Assembly (NCBI GenBank): GCA_001872725.1 | Contig: MNWR01000007.1 | Coordinates: 5,673-69,672, forward strand | Length of the DNA: 64,000 nucleotides | Origin: Proteobacteria bacterium CG1_02_64_396 | Lineage (GTDB): Bacteria; Pseudomonadota; MNWR01; CG1-02-64-396 | Reading direction: 5' to 3' | Shown here: piece after piece, positions 23,903 through 33,427 of the stretch | Layout of the letters: each line of letters starts with the position of its first letter | Position numbering within the stretch: the stretch's first letter is position 1 | The notes under the pieces: model-generated | Database searches by the model: none | Seen by the model: only the letters and a program-made list of their open reading frames with translations | What the model was told of the DNA's origin: nothing | Position numbers and translations under genes: made by a program

Positions 23903-26900
23903 ATGTCCGACCACCCCGCCGCCGATCTTGAAGCGCTGCTCACCGCCGCCCTGCCGGTGGGCCATCCGGTGTTGGGTGCGATCAGTGCACAAGGACTGCT
24001 CAACTTCATCGCCCCCCCCTTCCCCGAAGACGACCCCTACCCGGTCCGCATCCACCTGGTTCCCCACGGCGAGGGGGCCAGCTACCTGCTGCAAGTTCAC
24101 ACCCCCGACCGCCCCTTTTTGATGGATGTCATCACCGGATTCCTGGCCCGTCAGCACCTCGGCATCAGCGGTATGGTCCACCGGGTGGTCAAGGTGGTGC
24201 GGGGGGAGGAGGGGGTGGCAGTCGAGCCGGGTCCCCAGGTCGAGGGGGGGCGGGGGGAGTTCGTTCTGGCTGCGGTGCTGCATCAAGAACAGCAAGAGGT
24301 GTTGGAGATCGAGGTAACGATCTGCGACCTAAGCGCCACCCTCAAGGCGGTGGCGGCTGCGGTTGACGACCACGGCGCCATGGAGCATCTGCTGCTGCAT
24401 CTGAGCCGCAGCTGGGGTCGCAAGGAGGTGCGTTGGTCCCGTTTTGCCCGCTGGTTGGTCGACGGCAACTACGTCTTTATGGGGGCACGTCGCTACCGTT
24501 GGAACGGACGGCAATGGGTGCCGGGCAAGGGTAAGGAGGATGCCCTGGGGGGATTTACCCCGGCCCTGCCCGAGGGGACGTTGGAGCGGGTGTACCCAGG
24601 GGTGCTGGCGCTGCTCACCGAGTATCTGGCCAAGTGGTGGCCCGTGCGCACAGCCCCGATGCTCCTCGATTTTACCAGGGCAGCCTCTGCGGCCAACTAC
24701 ATCGACGGCTGGATCGATCCGATTTTGCTGGCCGATCCCGACGGCCAATCCTGTTGGCTGCTGCTCGGGCGACTGGCCCGCGCTGCCACCGTCACCCGTC
24801 CCTCTGGGATTCCCCTGCTGGCCGAGCGGATGAACCGGGTGCTGCAAAACGTCGGCGAAAGGGGTGAGACCTACCGGGGCCGCACTTTGCGGGCGCTCTT
24901 CAACCATATGCCGCTGCGCGAGCTGCTCTATTCCAGCGCCGAGGACATACAGCCTCTTCTGGAGGCGGCCATCGCTCTGACCGGCGATGTCGATTTGCGC
25001 CTGCATCTGCGCCGAGGGGGTTGCTGCGACTACGTGGCGTTAACCCTGTTCATCCCCAGGGGGCGCTACTCGGCGGCGTTGGAGCGGCGGCTGCAAAGCC
25101 GGGTGGAGCACGCCTTTGGGCTGAAGGTCGTCCGCACCCAATCGGCCCTGGCCGACACATTCGCCGCATTAACTTGCTTCATGCCCGGTCCCATCGACAC
25201 GGCGCTGCGCGAGGTCGATTTGGAGCGGCTGCGTCTGAGCATGATCGAGGCGGTGAAAACCTGGGGGGACCGTTTCAAAGAGGCGATCTTTGAGCGCTTC
25301 CCTCGGCGCCAGGCGCTGCCGCTGTTGATGCGCTACCTCAACGCTTTTCCCGAGTCGTTTCAGGCCCGTGTCCCCCCCGGTCAGGCAGTCGAAGGGCTGG
25401 CGGGAATCGAGGATTTTCTCATCGACGGCTTCCCCCAGGTGTTGCTGGGGCAGGGGGCCGGTACCGTCTGGGCCCTGAGCGCCATCCTCCCCGAGCGCCG
25501 TCCCCTGGGAGAGGTGATCGCCGCCATCGGTCGGGTCGGATTGACGGTTCAAGAGGAGATCTTCACCAGGCTCGAAATCGAAGGGCGCACCGTCTGTGTG
25601 TGGCGTTTCGAGTTGGTCGACGATCCCGCCCTTGCCTCCCTGGAGGCCAACGGTGCCACGGTCGCCTCGGTGCTGACCGAGGTGTTGGCAGGACGGATGA
25701 TGGACGATCCCCTCAACGCCTTGGCGCTGAATGGTGGATTGACCCCCCGCTGTCTGGTGCGGCTGCGCGGGTTGCTGCGGTTGGTTGCCCAGCTCAACCC
25801 CGCCATTGGGCCCCTCTTTTCCACCGCGATCCTCACCGGCGATCCCGCCCTGGCCCGAGCAGTCCTTGATGGTCTGGCGGCGAGATTCGATCCAGCCCAC
25901 CTCGACGAGCAGGGTTGGGAGGAGGCCAAATCCCGATTTAACGAGGCGCTTGGTCGCATTCGCCTGCTGCGCGAGGACCGGGCGATGCGGGCGCTGTGGC
26001 AGGTGTTGGAGTTGGTGGTGCGCACCGACGCCTTTCATCCCGAGGCGGGGGAGGGGGTCGCCTTCAAATGCTTGGGGGGCGATCTGCCAACCCCTTTCAG
26101 CCCCCATCCCTGGAAGCTGGTCTTCGTCCACGACCAGCGTATGGACGCCGTCCATCTGCGCGGCGGTCCGGTGGCTCGGGGGGGGCTACGCTGGAGCGAC
26201 CGGGGTGATTTCTACGTCGAGGTGCTGGGGCTGATGGCGACCCAGATGGTCAAGAACGCCATCATTGTGCCGGTCGGGGCCAAGGGGGGGTTTTACCTGC
26301 ACGGGGGGCAAAAGGGTGCCAAACAGGTGCGCGAGGCCTACCGTCGCTTCGTTGCTGCCCTGCTGCGCTTGAGCGACAACCGAATTGGGGAGGAGATTGT
26401 TCCCCCCGAGGGGATCGTCCGGCGGGATGATGACGATCCCTACCTGGTGGTGGCGGCCGACAAGGGGACCGCGACCTTCTCGGATCTGGCCAACGAGGTG
26501 GCGCTGGAACGGGGGTTTTGGCTGGGCGACGCCTTCGCCTCGGGGGGCTCCCACGGCTACGACCACAAAGAGATCGGGATTACCGCTCGGGGCGCTTGGG
26601 AATCGGTGCGCCACCTCTTCCGCCTGATCGGGCTCGACCCGCAGGCCGACACCCTGACCGTGGTCGGGATTGGCTCCCCCGCCGGGGATGTCTTCGGTAA
26701 TGGCATGTTGCTGTCGCGCAGCCTCAAGCTGATCGGCGCCTTCACCGGCAAAACCATCTTCATCGACCCCGATCCCGACCCCGAGCGCTCCTGGCTTGAG
26801 CGCAGGCGGCTCTTCGAAACCTGCCAAAGCTGGGAGGCTTACGACACCCACCAAATCAGCCCCGGCGGCGGCATTTTCGACCGCAGCGCCAAGGCGATCG

Positions 26901-28579
26901 ACCTGCCCGAACCCTTCGCCAGATTCCTTGGCATCGAAACCCAGATTTCGGGGGAGGCGCTAATACAGGCGCTGCTCCAGGCGCCGGTCGACCTGCTCTA
27001 CAACGGCGGGATCGGCACCTACATCAAAGCGGCTGCCGAACCCCACGAAGCGGTGATGGACAAGGTGAACGATCCGGTTCGGGTGAACGCCGAGCAGGTG
27101 CGGGCCAGCGTGCTGGTCGAGGGGGGCAATCTAGGGCTGACCATGCGGGCGCGGATCGTCCTGGACCGGCAAGGGGTTTTGCTCAACACCGACGCGCTCG
27201 ACAACTCGGGCGGGGTCAACATGAGCGATCACGAGGTCAATCTAAAGATCTTGGCCATGGATCTGCTCCAGCGCGGGATCTGGCGCAACGTCGAGGAGCG
27301 CAACATCCGGCTGAAAAGCTGGGAGGGGGAGGTGGCGGCCCAGGTTCTGGACGACAACGCCCAAATGGTTCGGGCCATCACCTTGGACGGGCGGCGCAGC
27401 CGCGCCAAGAGGCGGTTCTGGCGCGGCTCTCTGGCCCGCTGGTTCGAACAGGGGGTGCTGGAGGAGGGGGAGGAGGGGATCTCCGAGGGGGCGGTGGGCG
27501 CCTGGCTCGAAGAGGAGCGGGGGATTCCCCGGCCCCTGTTGGCGGTACTGCTGGGCAAGTTGATCCACCACACCGCCGAAATCCTGGGGCGCAATCGGGA
27601 GTGGATCGACCGGGCCAGCCAGCAACCGCTGCTGCTCGATTACTTCCCCAAAGAGGTCGTGCGGCTTTACCCCGAGGCGGTCGAACGCCACCCCCTGGGT
27701 TGGGAGATCACCGCCACCGTGGTGGCCAAACGGATCCATTTTAATGGCGGGGCACGGGCGCTGGAGCGGATCCAGCGCGGGACCGATCTATCGCTGCCCG
27801 ACGCGGTGCGGGCTTGGTTGGTGGCCGAGGCGCTGCTGCCGATTCACGACTACCGAGCCGCTCTGAATGCCCTGGAGGGTCAGGTATCCCCCGACCTGTG
27901 GTTGGAGGCGCGGATGCGGGGCGAGGACGGGGTGGTCCATGTGGCGGCTGCGTTGGCCCGAATCGGCGATCCGCTGCGCATTCAGTTCGATTTGGCCCAC
28001 CACTACCGCCAAGTTGTGAGCGACTACTTCGACACCCTGTTCGAGCGGTTGGTCGCTTTGGGACGCAGCGATCTGCGTGCGGAATGTGACGATCTGGTTG
28101 CGGCGGGGATCCCCGAGGCGGTCGCCTGCCACGCAGTATGTTGGCCCGACATGGAGCGGGTGGGGCGCATCATCCTGATCAAAGAGGATGTCCACCTCCC
28201 CTTCGGCGACGTTGCCGGGCTCTGGCTCCACCTCCATGCCCGTTTTGCCATGGACGACCTCCAACGGTGGGTCGACGCCCTGCAAGCCCGCGATTCGTGG
28301 GGGGAACAGGCCCGTGAGCGCTTGCTCCTGCGCCTGGAGCGACTTCCGGCCCGCTTGCTCGTCAAGGTGCTGGGATTCAAACGCTCCCACGAGAGTATCG
28401 AACACGCTTTGGACGCCTTCTTGGAGGAGCATCGCCCTTTGATCAAACAGTTCGACATCAACCTGACCGCTTTCCGCAGCGATGAGGGGAAGGTGGGCAT
28501 TTTGGGATTGGAGTTGTTGGTGGAGGATTTGGAGGGGTTGGTGGAGCGGAGCCAGGACGTACATGAACTGGGGCGCTAG
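23903..28579 (+). CDS. Large (GDH2-type) glutamate dehydrogenase
   Basis: ARGGLRWSDR, PVGAKGGF, YLVVAADKGTATFSD, GYDHKEIGITARGAW; about 1558 aa. Confidence 0.92.
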   Translation: MSDHPAADLEALLTAALPVGHPVLGAISAQGLLNFIAPPFPEDDPYPVRIHLVPHGEGASYLLQVHTPDRPFLMDVITGFLARQHLGISGMVHRVVKVVRGEEGVAVEPGPQVEGGRGEFVLAAVLHQEQQEVLEIEVTICDLSATLKAVAAAVDDHGAMEHLLLHLSRSWGRKEVRWSRFARWLVDGNYVFMGARRYRWNGRQWVPGKGKEDALGGFTPALPEGTLERVYPGVLALLTEYLAKWWPVRTAPMLLDFTRAASAANYIDGWIDPILLADPDGQSCWLLLGRLARAATVTRPSGIPLLAERMNRVLQNVGERGETYRGRTLRALFNHMPLRELLYSSAEDIQPLLEAAIALTGDVDLRLHLRRGGCCDYVALTLFIPRGRYSAALERRLQSRVEHAFGLKVVRTQSALADTFAALTCFMPGPIDTALREVDLERLRLSMIEAVKTWGDRFKEAIFERFPRRQALPLLMRYLNAFPESFQARVPPGQAVEGLAGIEDFLIDGFPQVLLGQGAGTVWALSAILPERRPLGEVIAAIGRVGLTVQEEIFTRLEIEGRTVCVWRFELVDDPALASLEANGATVASVLTEVLAGRMMDDPLNALALNGGLTPRCLVRLRGLLRLVAQLNPAIGPLFSTAILTGDPALARAVLDGLAARFDPAHLDEQGWEEAKSRFNEALGRIRLLREDRAMRALWQVLELVVRTDAFHPEAGEGVAFKCLGGDLPTPFSPHPWKLVFVHDQRMDAVHLRGGPVARGGLRWSDRGDFYVEVLGLMATQMVKNAIIVPVGAKGGFYLHGGQKGAKQVREAYRRFVAALLRLSDNRIGEEIVPPEGIVRRDDDDPYLVVAADKGTATFSDLANEVALERGFWLGDAFASGGSHGYDHKEIGITARGAWESVRHLFRLIGLDPQADTLTVVGIGSPAGDVFGNGMLLSRSLKLIGAFTGKTIFIDPDPDPERSWLERRRLFETCQSWEAYDTHQISPGGGIFDRSAKAIDLPEPFARFLGIETQISGEALIQALLQAPVDLLYNGGIGTYIKAAAEPHEAVMDKVNDPVRVNAEQVRASVLVEGGNLGLTMRARIVLDRQGVLLNTDALDNSGGVNMSDHEVNLKILAMDLLQRGIWRNVEERNIRLKSWEGEVAAQVLDDNAQMVRAITLDGRRSRAKRRFWRGSLARWFEQGVLEEGEEGISEGAVGAWLEEERGIPRPLLAVLLGKLIHHTAEILGRNREWIDRASQQPLLLDYFPKEVVRLYPEAVERHPLGWEITATVVAKRIHFNGGARALERIQRGTDLSLPDAVRAWLVAEALLPIHDYRAALNALEGQVSPDLWLEARMRGEDGVVHVAAALARIGDPLRIQFDLAHHYRQVVSDYFDTLFERLVALGRSDLRAECDDLVAAGIPEAVACHAVCWPDMERVGRIILIKEDVHLPFGDVAGLWLHLHARFAMDDLQRWVDALQARDSWGEQARERLLLRLERLPARLLVKVLGFKRSHESIEHALDAFLEEHRPLIKQFDINLTAFRSDEGKVGILGLELLVEDLEGLVERSQDVHELGR

Positions 28580-28744
28580 GAGTCTGTCGGGCTTGAGCGT
28601 CCGTAGCGAGCCGAGTGGGGAATCGAGGCCAAATTTTCACGGTTTTGAGGATCATAGTGGTGGCTATGTGACGAAAAACCGGGGGAATTTGGACCGATTA
28701 CCCGCCGGCGCAGTAGGACGATCTCAAGTCCGACAGACTCCTAG
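28576..28744. mobile_element. Palindromic MITE-like element (169 bp)
   Basis: Ends CTAGGAGTCTGTCGG(G/A)CTTGAG inverted (21/22 match); internal inverted segments; no ORF. Confidence 0.75.
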
Positions 28745-28767
28745 ATGCCAAACGTCGGAATAGCCCT

Positions 28768-28781
28768 GTGATGGGGATCAA
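28768..28781. promoter_or_regulatory. FNR/CRP-family-like box upstream of lipoprotein
   Basis: GTGAT-GGGG-ATCAA, 9/10 to TTGAT-N4-ATCAA. Confidence 0.35.
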
Positions 28782-28877
28782 CTTTTAAATTGACTCGCTT
28801 ATCGAGAGGTTGAATGGTGCGCCCCTCAAAGTAGGAATGGACGGGTTGTTTTCTCAAGCAACGAACAGGGGTGGAAT

Positions 28878-29870
28878 ATGGAACGGACGACGGGAGTGAA
28901 CAGCTGGGCGAGCGCAATGCTGGTGGTGGGATTATTGACGGTGGCGGGATGCAACAGCGGAGGGGGTTCGAGCAGTTCGACGAGTTCAACCATTACCTAC
29001 TCGGGTTCAACTCAACCTGCGCAGATCGATACCACCAATGCCGGGACGGTGGCAGGGACCAGTGCAGGGGGAGCGGGGGCAGCCTCGGCGGTCGCGGCTG
29101 GGGCGGTTGCGACCCCCTCGTCGTCGGGTTCCGCATCCCACATCGGCCATCTTGTCGCCTCGTTGGCAAAGGAGAGGTACCAAACGTTTCCCCGTGGAAC
29201 GGGTCCGGCAGGGGTGACCTACAACCAGACGATCCCCGGCGCTGTGAGCGGTTCGATGACCGTCTCGGGGAGTGTGAACGCCACCACCCAGGTGGGTACG
29301 GTCACCATCGCATTCAATCAATACAACGATGGAGTTGGGAGCATGGACGGCAGCATGACCGTGCAGGTTGTCGGCTACGACATTGCAAGCGACACCATGA
29401 CCGATGCGACCATTCAGTTCGATCATTTGACCGTAAAGGATTCGGTGGACTGGTTTTCGATGAATGGTTCGATTGTCGATCGCGTCAATTTGACCAGCCA
29501 AACCGAGACCATGACCTCCAATCTCGACATGGTCGATCACTACCTCGGCGAATCGGTACGCTTTCAGAACTTCGTCATTGTTGACGTGTACGATTCTTTC
29601 CTCTTTCCGACCACCTACACCGAGACGGAGAACGGTCGGGTTTACATCTCCTCTTTTGGCTACGTCGACCTCACGACCGCTGCGCCCTTGGTCTACACCG
29701 AGGCGACTCAGGCCAATCCCGATTCGGGGGGGCCGATCACCATGACAGGCGCCAACAACAGTGCGGTTCGGCTTACCCCGGTGGACGCCACCAACGTTTT
29801 CGAAGAGGTTGATGCCAATGGCGACGGGGTCTTTGAGTTCAGCCAGACGGTAGCGTGGTCGAATTTGTGA
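28878..29870 (+). CDS. Putative Ser/Thr-rich surface lipoprotein
   Basis: Lipobox VAGC, Ser/Gly linker, beta-rich body, C-terminal DANGDG. Confidence 0.75.
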   Translation: MERTTGVNSWASAMLVVGLLTVAGCNSGGGSSSSTSSTITYSGSTQPAQIDTTNAGTVAGTSAGGAGAASAVAAGAVATPSSSGSASHIGHLVASLAKERYQTFPRGTGPAGVTYNQTIPGAVSGSMTVSGSVNATTQVGTVTIAFNQYNDGVGSMDGSMTVQVVGYDIASDTMTDATIQFDHLTVKDSVDWFSMNGSIVDRVNLTSQTETMTSNLDMVDHYLGESVRFQNFVIVDVYDSFLFPTTYTETENGRVYISSFGYVDLTTAAPLVYTEATQANPDSGGPITMTGANNSAVRLTPVDATNVFEEVDANGDGVFEFSQTVAWSNL

Positions 29871-29930
29871 CGCTGTTGTAGCCAACGATGTGCCGTGCGG
29901 ACCGCCTCCGATATTCGGAGGCGGTTTCGT

Positions 29931-30224
29931 TTATGGGGTCTTGAAGTGGTAATGCTCCCGATCCAGGTGGGCAGCGATGTCGGCCAGATCGGTTTCGGTC
30001 AGGTGTTTGCCCCCCGCGTCGGCGGGGCAGAAGCGTTTGGCGAAGGTGATAACCTCGCTCCGATTCTGGGCCGTCAGGCCGTTGTTGAAGGCCTCGCCTT
30101 GCATGACGTGGCAAACCTGGGCACATGAGGCCTCGAAAAGGGGAGCGCCCCGGTCGGGGTCGGGATCGGCGAAGGCTAGGCCAGGTAGGGTCAGAGCGGT
30201 CAGGGTCAGGGCGGCGAAACGCAT
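29931..30224 (-). CDS. Small periplasmic c-type cytochrome with CX3CH motif
   Basis: Signal peptide, CAQVCH, extra Cys (KRFC), C-terminal helix ending HYHF; ATG at 30224 after GGAGG. Confidence 0.7.
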   Translation of the reverse strand: MRFAALTLTALTLPGLAFADPDPDRGAPLFEASCAQVCHVMQGEAFNNGLTAQNRSEVITFAKRFCPADAGGKHLTETDLADIAAHLDREHYHFKTP

Positions 30225-30330
30225 GATGGAACCTCCGGTGGGGGTTGCACTCGATGGGGCGGCAACCATGATAAGCGCCCCCGGCTGGAAACAACGTTCT
30301 CTTTTTCTTTTTGGCGAATAGGAGTCTTCG

Positions 30331-30453
30331 ATGGCGACTCAAGTCGGTCAAATCTATGTGTGCCCCTATTGCGGCAACGTGGTCGAGGTCAAGAAGGCGG
30401 GCGGCGGCACCCTGGTGTGCTGTGGCGCCCCCATGGCCATGCAGGCGGCTTGA
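30331..30453 (+). CDS. Desulforedoxin (40 aa), absent from the ORF track
   Basis: [40 protein letters not shown], with CxxC...CC and RBS AGGAG. Confidence 0.9.
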   Translation: MATQVGQIYVCPYCGNVVEVKKAGGGTLVCCGAPMAMQAA

Positions 30454-30477
30454 TCGTCTTTGCTCCTTGGCCTATTC

Positions 30478-30511
30478 AAAAAAAGCCCGGGAGTGATCCC
30501 GGGCTTTTTTT
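30478..30511. terminator. Bidirectional intrinsic terminator
   Basis: A7-GCCCGGGA..TCCCGGGC-T7 between convergent genes. Confidence 0.88.
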
Positions 30512-30542
30512 GTTGCTGCGTGGGTCGGGTGGAGGCGGTTGA

Positions 30543-30896
30543 TTAGCCGCGTTGCTCCATGCCGGCACCGGCTTTGGTCGCCTGAGCGGCCACCATGGTG
30601 GCGTTACCGGCAACCACCTTGTGCCAGGTCCCCTTGGGGGCCAGGACGACCGAACCGGCCTTCACCGCCACCGATTCCTCGGCGCCGCCCTCTTCTTGCA
30701 AGTAGAAGGTCCCCTCGCCCTGCATGAAGTAGAAAACCTGATCGCCGTTGGGGTGACGGTGCCAATCCAAAACGCTGTTGGCCTCGAAGTAGTACACGTC
30801 AGAGGCCAAATCGTCGGTCATGAGCAGGTTGATCTTGGGCACCGAACCGGGGGTGACGTTGATCGAATCGAGCAAGTTATGGACTTTGAGCGCCAT
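30543..30896 (-). CDS. Cupin domain protein
   Basis: WHRHPNGDQVFY and PKGTWH cupin motifs; RBS AGGAGG. Confidence 0.85.
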   Translation of the reverse strand: MALKVHNLLDSINVTPGSVPKINLLMTDDLASDVYYFEANSVLDWHRHPNGDQVFYFMQGEGTFYLQEEGGAEESVAVKAGSVVLAPKGTWHKVVAGNATMVAAQATKAGAGMEQRG

Positions 30897-30968
30897 GGTG
30901 AGCCTCCTGAAAAAAGTGAATGCGGGTCAAAAACTTTGGGATGAGTGAAAAGCGGGCGCAAGGATGTA

Positions 30969-30993
30969 TTATCCGACTTGATCGGTCAACTAT
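30969..30993 (-). promoter_or_regulatory. IscR type-1-like Rrf2 operator upstream of cupin
   Basis: Minus strand ATAGTTGACCGATCAAGTCGGATAA resembles the 25-bp IscR type-1 site; contains TTGACC. Confidence 0.6.
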
Positions 30994-31149
30994 TCAGGCG
31001 TGCACCCCGATCCAATGGGTGGTGAACGGCGATAACCCTGAGCAGCCAAAGGATAAAATCCTATTTACAGATGGTTTGAGTTAAACCGCCCCTTTGTCTA
31101 TCCTTCGCCCCTTTTTCTGCAGCCCATGTGCATGGAGTCCGCGCCGCTT

Positions 31150-32382
31150 ATGTCCGACGCCCCTTTTAACCTGAGCTGGCCCCCCCGCCGCGTGGTGGTG
31201 GTGCTCTGTGGTGGGGTGGCGATCATCAAAGCATTGGAGGTCATCCGGCGGTTGCGCGACGAGGGGGTCGCGGTCACGCCGATCATGACCGCCTCGGCCC
31301 AGCGTTTTGTCAGCCCCTTGCTGGTGCAGGCATTGGCCGACGCGTCGGTCGAGCGTGAGCTGTTCGATGCCGCATCGGAACAGCGCATGGGGCACATCCG
31401 GCTGACCCGCGACGCCGCTGCGATTTTGGTTATGCCGACCACCGCCGACATGATGGCGCGACTGGCGCAGGGCCGAGCCGACGATTTGGCCACGGCGGCG
31501 ATTTTGGCGGCGCAGTGTCCGGTGGTGCTGGCTCCGGCGATGAACCCGGCGATGTGGTCGGCCCCACCGACCCGACGCAATGTGACCACCTTGCAACAAG
31601 ACGGACGGATCATCATCCCCCCCGCCAGGGGCATGATGGCCTGCGGCGAAGAGGGGGAGGGGCGGTTCCCCGAAGCGCAAGAGGTGATCGAGGAGCTGCG
31701 CGCAGCCCTAACCCCCAAGGTGCTCCGAGGGCGCAAGGTGGTGGTGACCGCCGGTCCGACGCGGGAGTGGCTCGATCCGGTCCGCTTCATCAGCAACCCC
31801 TCCAGCGGCGCCATGGGGGTGGCGGTGGCGCAGGCGGCTCGGGCCGCAGGGGCCCACGTGGTGTTGATCCACGGGCCACTTACGGTGGCGCTGCCAGCCG
31901 GGATCGAAACGGTGGCAGTTGAATCAGCCCGGGACATGGCCGTGGCGGTTGAGGGTCAAGCACCCGACAGCGACATCGGCATCTTCGTCGCGGCGGTCTC
32001 CGATTTTCGGGTTGCCGACCCGAAAGGGGCCAAGATGGCCCGAAGCGATCATCCCGAGGTACTGGCGTTGGTCGAAAACCCCGACATTCTGGCCATGGCC
32101 GGAAAGAAAAACTGGTTCAAACTGCGCATCGGTTTTGCCGCCCAGACCGAGGATGTGGCCGAAAAGGCGACCGAAAAATGTCGTCGCAAACAGGCCCACT
32201 TGGTGGCGGGCAATCAAGTCGGTGCCGGGCTGGGATTTGGGGTCGGGGCCAATCGGCTCGAAGTGGTCGACCGCGAGGGCACCGTTTCCGCCTGGGGCCC
32301 CGAAGACAAACGGGGGCTTGCCGAGCGTTTGATCGCCTTGGCCGCCCAGCGATTGGAACGGATTGAGGAGGCAGGGGCATGA
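31150..32382 (+). CDS. coaBC: Bifunctional phosphopantothenoylcysteine decarboxylase/ligase
   Basis: [40 protein letters not shown]; start uncertain (31126-31150). Confidence 0.94.
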   Translation: MSDAPFNLSWPPRRVVVVLCGGVAIIKALEVIRRLRDEGVAVTPIMTASAQRFVSPLLVQALADASVERELFDAASEQRMGHIRLTRDAAAILVMPTTADMMARLAQGRADDLATAAILAAQCPVVLAPAMNPAMWSAPPTRRNVTTLQQDGRIIIPPARGMMACGEEGEGRFPEAQEVIEELRAALTPKVLRGRKVVVTAGPTREWLDPVRFISNPSSGAMGVAVAQAARAAGAHVVLIHGPLTVALPAGIETVAVESARDMAVAVEGQAPDSDIGIFVAAVSDFRVADPKGAKMARSDHPEVLALVENPDILAMAGKKNWFKLRIGFAAQTEDVAEKATEKCRRKQAHLVAGNQVGAGLGFGVGANRLEVVDREGTVSAWGPEDKRGLAERLIALAAQRLERIEEAGA

Positions 32383-32819
32383 GGGTTCGGGTCGAGGTGA
32401 TCAAGCTGCGAGACGACGCGACGATCCCCGCCCCCGCCACCGAGCATGCGGCGGGTGTCGATCTGACCGCCGCCATGGACGATCTCATCGTTCTTGCCCC
32501 CATGGAGCGGGTGGCTGTTCCGACCGGACTTGCCATCGCCCTTCCGCCGGGGTTCGAGGGTCAGGTTCGTCCCAGGTCGGGACTGGCGCTGAAACATGGG
32601 ATTACGGTGCTCAACGCGCCGGGGACCATCGATGCCGATTACCGCGGCGAGGTGAAGGTCATCCTCGTCAATCTGGGGCAAACGGTTGAAACGATCCGTC
32701 CCGGCGAGCGGATTGCCCAGTTGGTGGTGGCGCCGGTCTCCACACCGAATTGGATCGAGGTTGAGGCACTGTCCGAAACCGTCCGGGGATCGGGCGGATT
32801 TGGTCATACCGGGCGCTGA
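32379..32819 (+). CDS. dut: dUTPase
   Basis: [31 protein letters not shown]. Confidence 0.97.
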   Translation: MRVRVEVIKLRDDATIPAPATEHAAGVDLTAAMDDLIVLAPMERVAVPTGLAIALPPGFEGQVRPRSGLALKHGITVLNAPGTIDADYRGEVKVILVNLGQTVETIRPGERIAQLVVAPVSTPNWIEVEALSETVRGSGGFGHTGR

Positions 32820-32849
32820 GCGGCGCCAAATAGGGGGAAGTCGTACGGT

Positions 32850-33284
32850 ATGCAAGCATCGCGAAAACTCATGGCAACCTACACGGTCTTGCTGGAACTC
32901 GCCTATCGCGGCGGTACCGATCCGCGGCGGTTGCGCGATTTGCTCGAGGCCAACAATCTTTCGCCCCGCTACTTAGAGCCGGTGGTCCAGGCGCTGGTCA
33001 AAGAGGGGATTCTTGTCAGTCATCGCGGTCCCAAGGGGGGCTACGCCCTGGCTAAGAGCCGTCAAGAGGTCAACCTGGGTCAGGTTGCCCGTTTGGTGGC
33101 TGGGGTCGACCGGGAGGTCGACGAACAAGAGAGCGATCTGTTTGGGGTGGTGAAGGGGATCGTGCAAGAGGCCGAGGTCAAGGCGATGGTTTATCTGGAC
33201 GGTTTAACGCTGCAGGACCTGTGCAATCTGGCCTACCGCAGCGGCATCCACAACCCGTGGGCTATGGGTGATACGCCGATTTAG
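32850..33284 (+). CDS. Rrf2 family regulator (CymR-like, lacks the IscR Cys triad)
   Basis: RYLE, SHRGPKGGY, TLQDL; only one Cys; directly upstream of the sulfur cluster. Confidence 0.88.
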   Translation: MQASRKLMATYTVLLELAYRGGTDPRRLRDLLEANNLSPRYLEPVVQALVKEGILVSHRGPKGGYALAKSRQEVNLGQVARLVAGVDREVDEQESDLFGVVKGIVQEAEVKAMVYLDGLTLQDLCNLAYRSGIHNPWAMGDTPI

Positions 33285-33285
33285 C

Positions 33286-33367
33286 TAAAAAATATTGTTG
33301 AATAAAAAAACAACAACATATTTTTTACGCAAAACTTTTTGACAAACCCATTTTCAATCCGTTTAAT
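33286..33367 (+). promoter_or_regulatory. AT-rich inverted repeat plus sigma70 promoter of sulfur cluster
   Basis: TAAAAAATATTGTTG...CAACATATTTTTTA, then TTGACA(33339)-17-TTTAAT. Confidence 0.65.
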
Positions 33368-33427
33368 TCCATCTCGGACAACGCTTGCGCTGTCGGATGG
33401 CCAACGAACCATGCTGTGGAGTAGCGA

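Noticed and set aside
33281..33427. AT-rich tract as oriC or SAM riboswitch
   Set aside because: No DnaA-box cluster and no SAM-I/II consensus seen; better explained as operator plus promoter.
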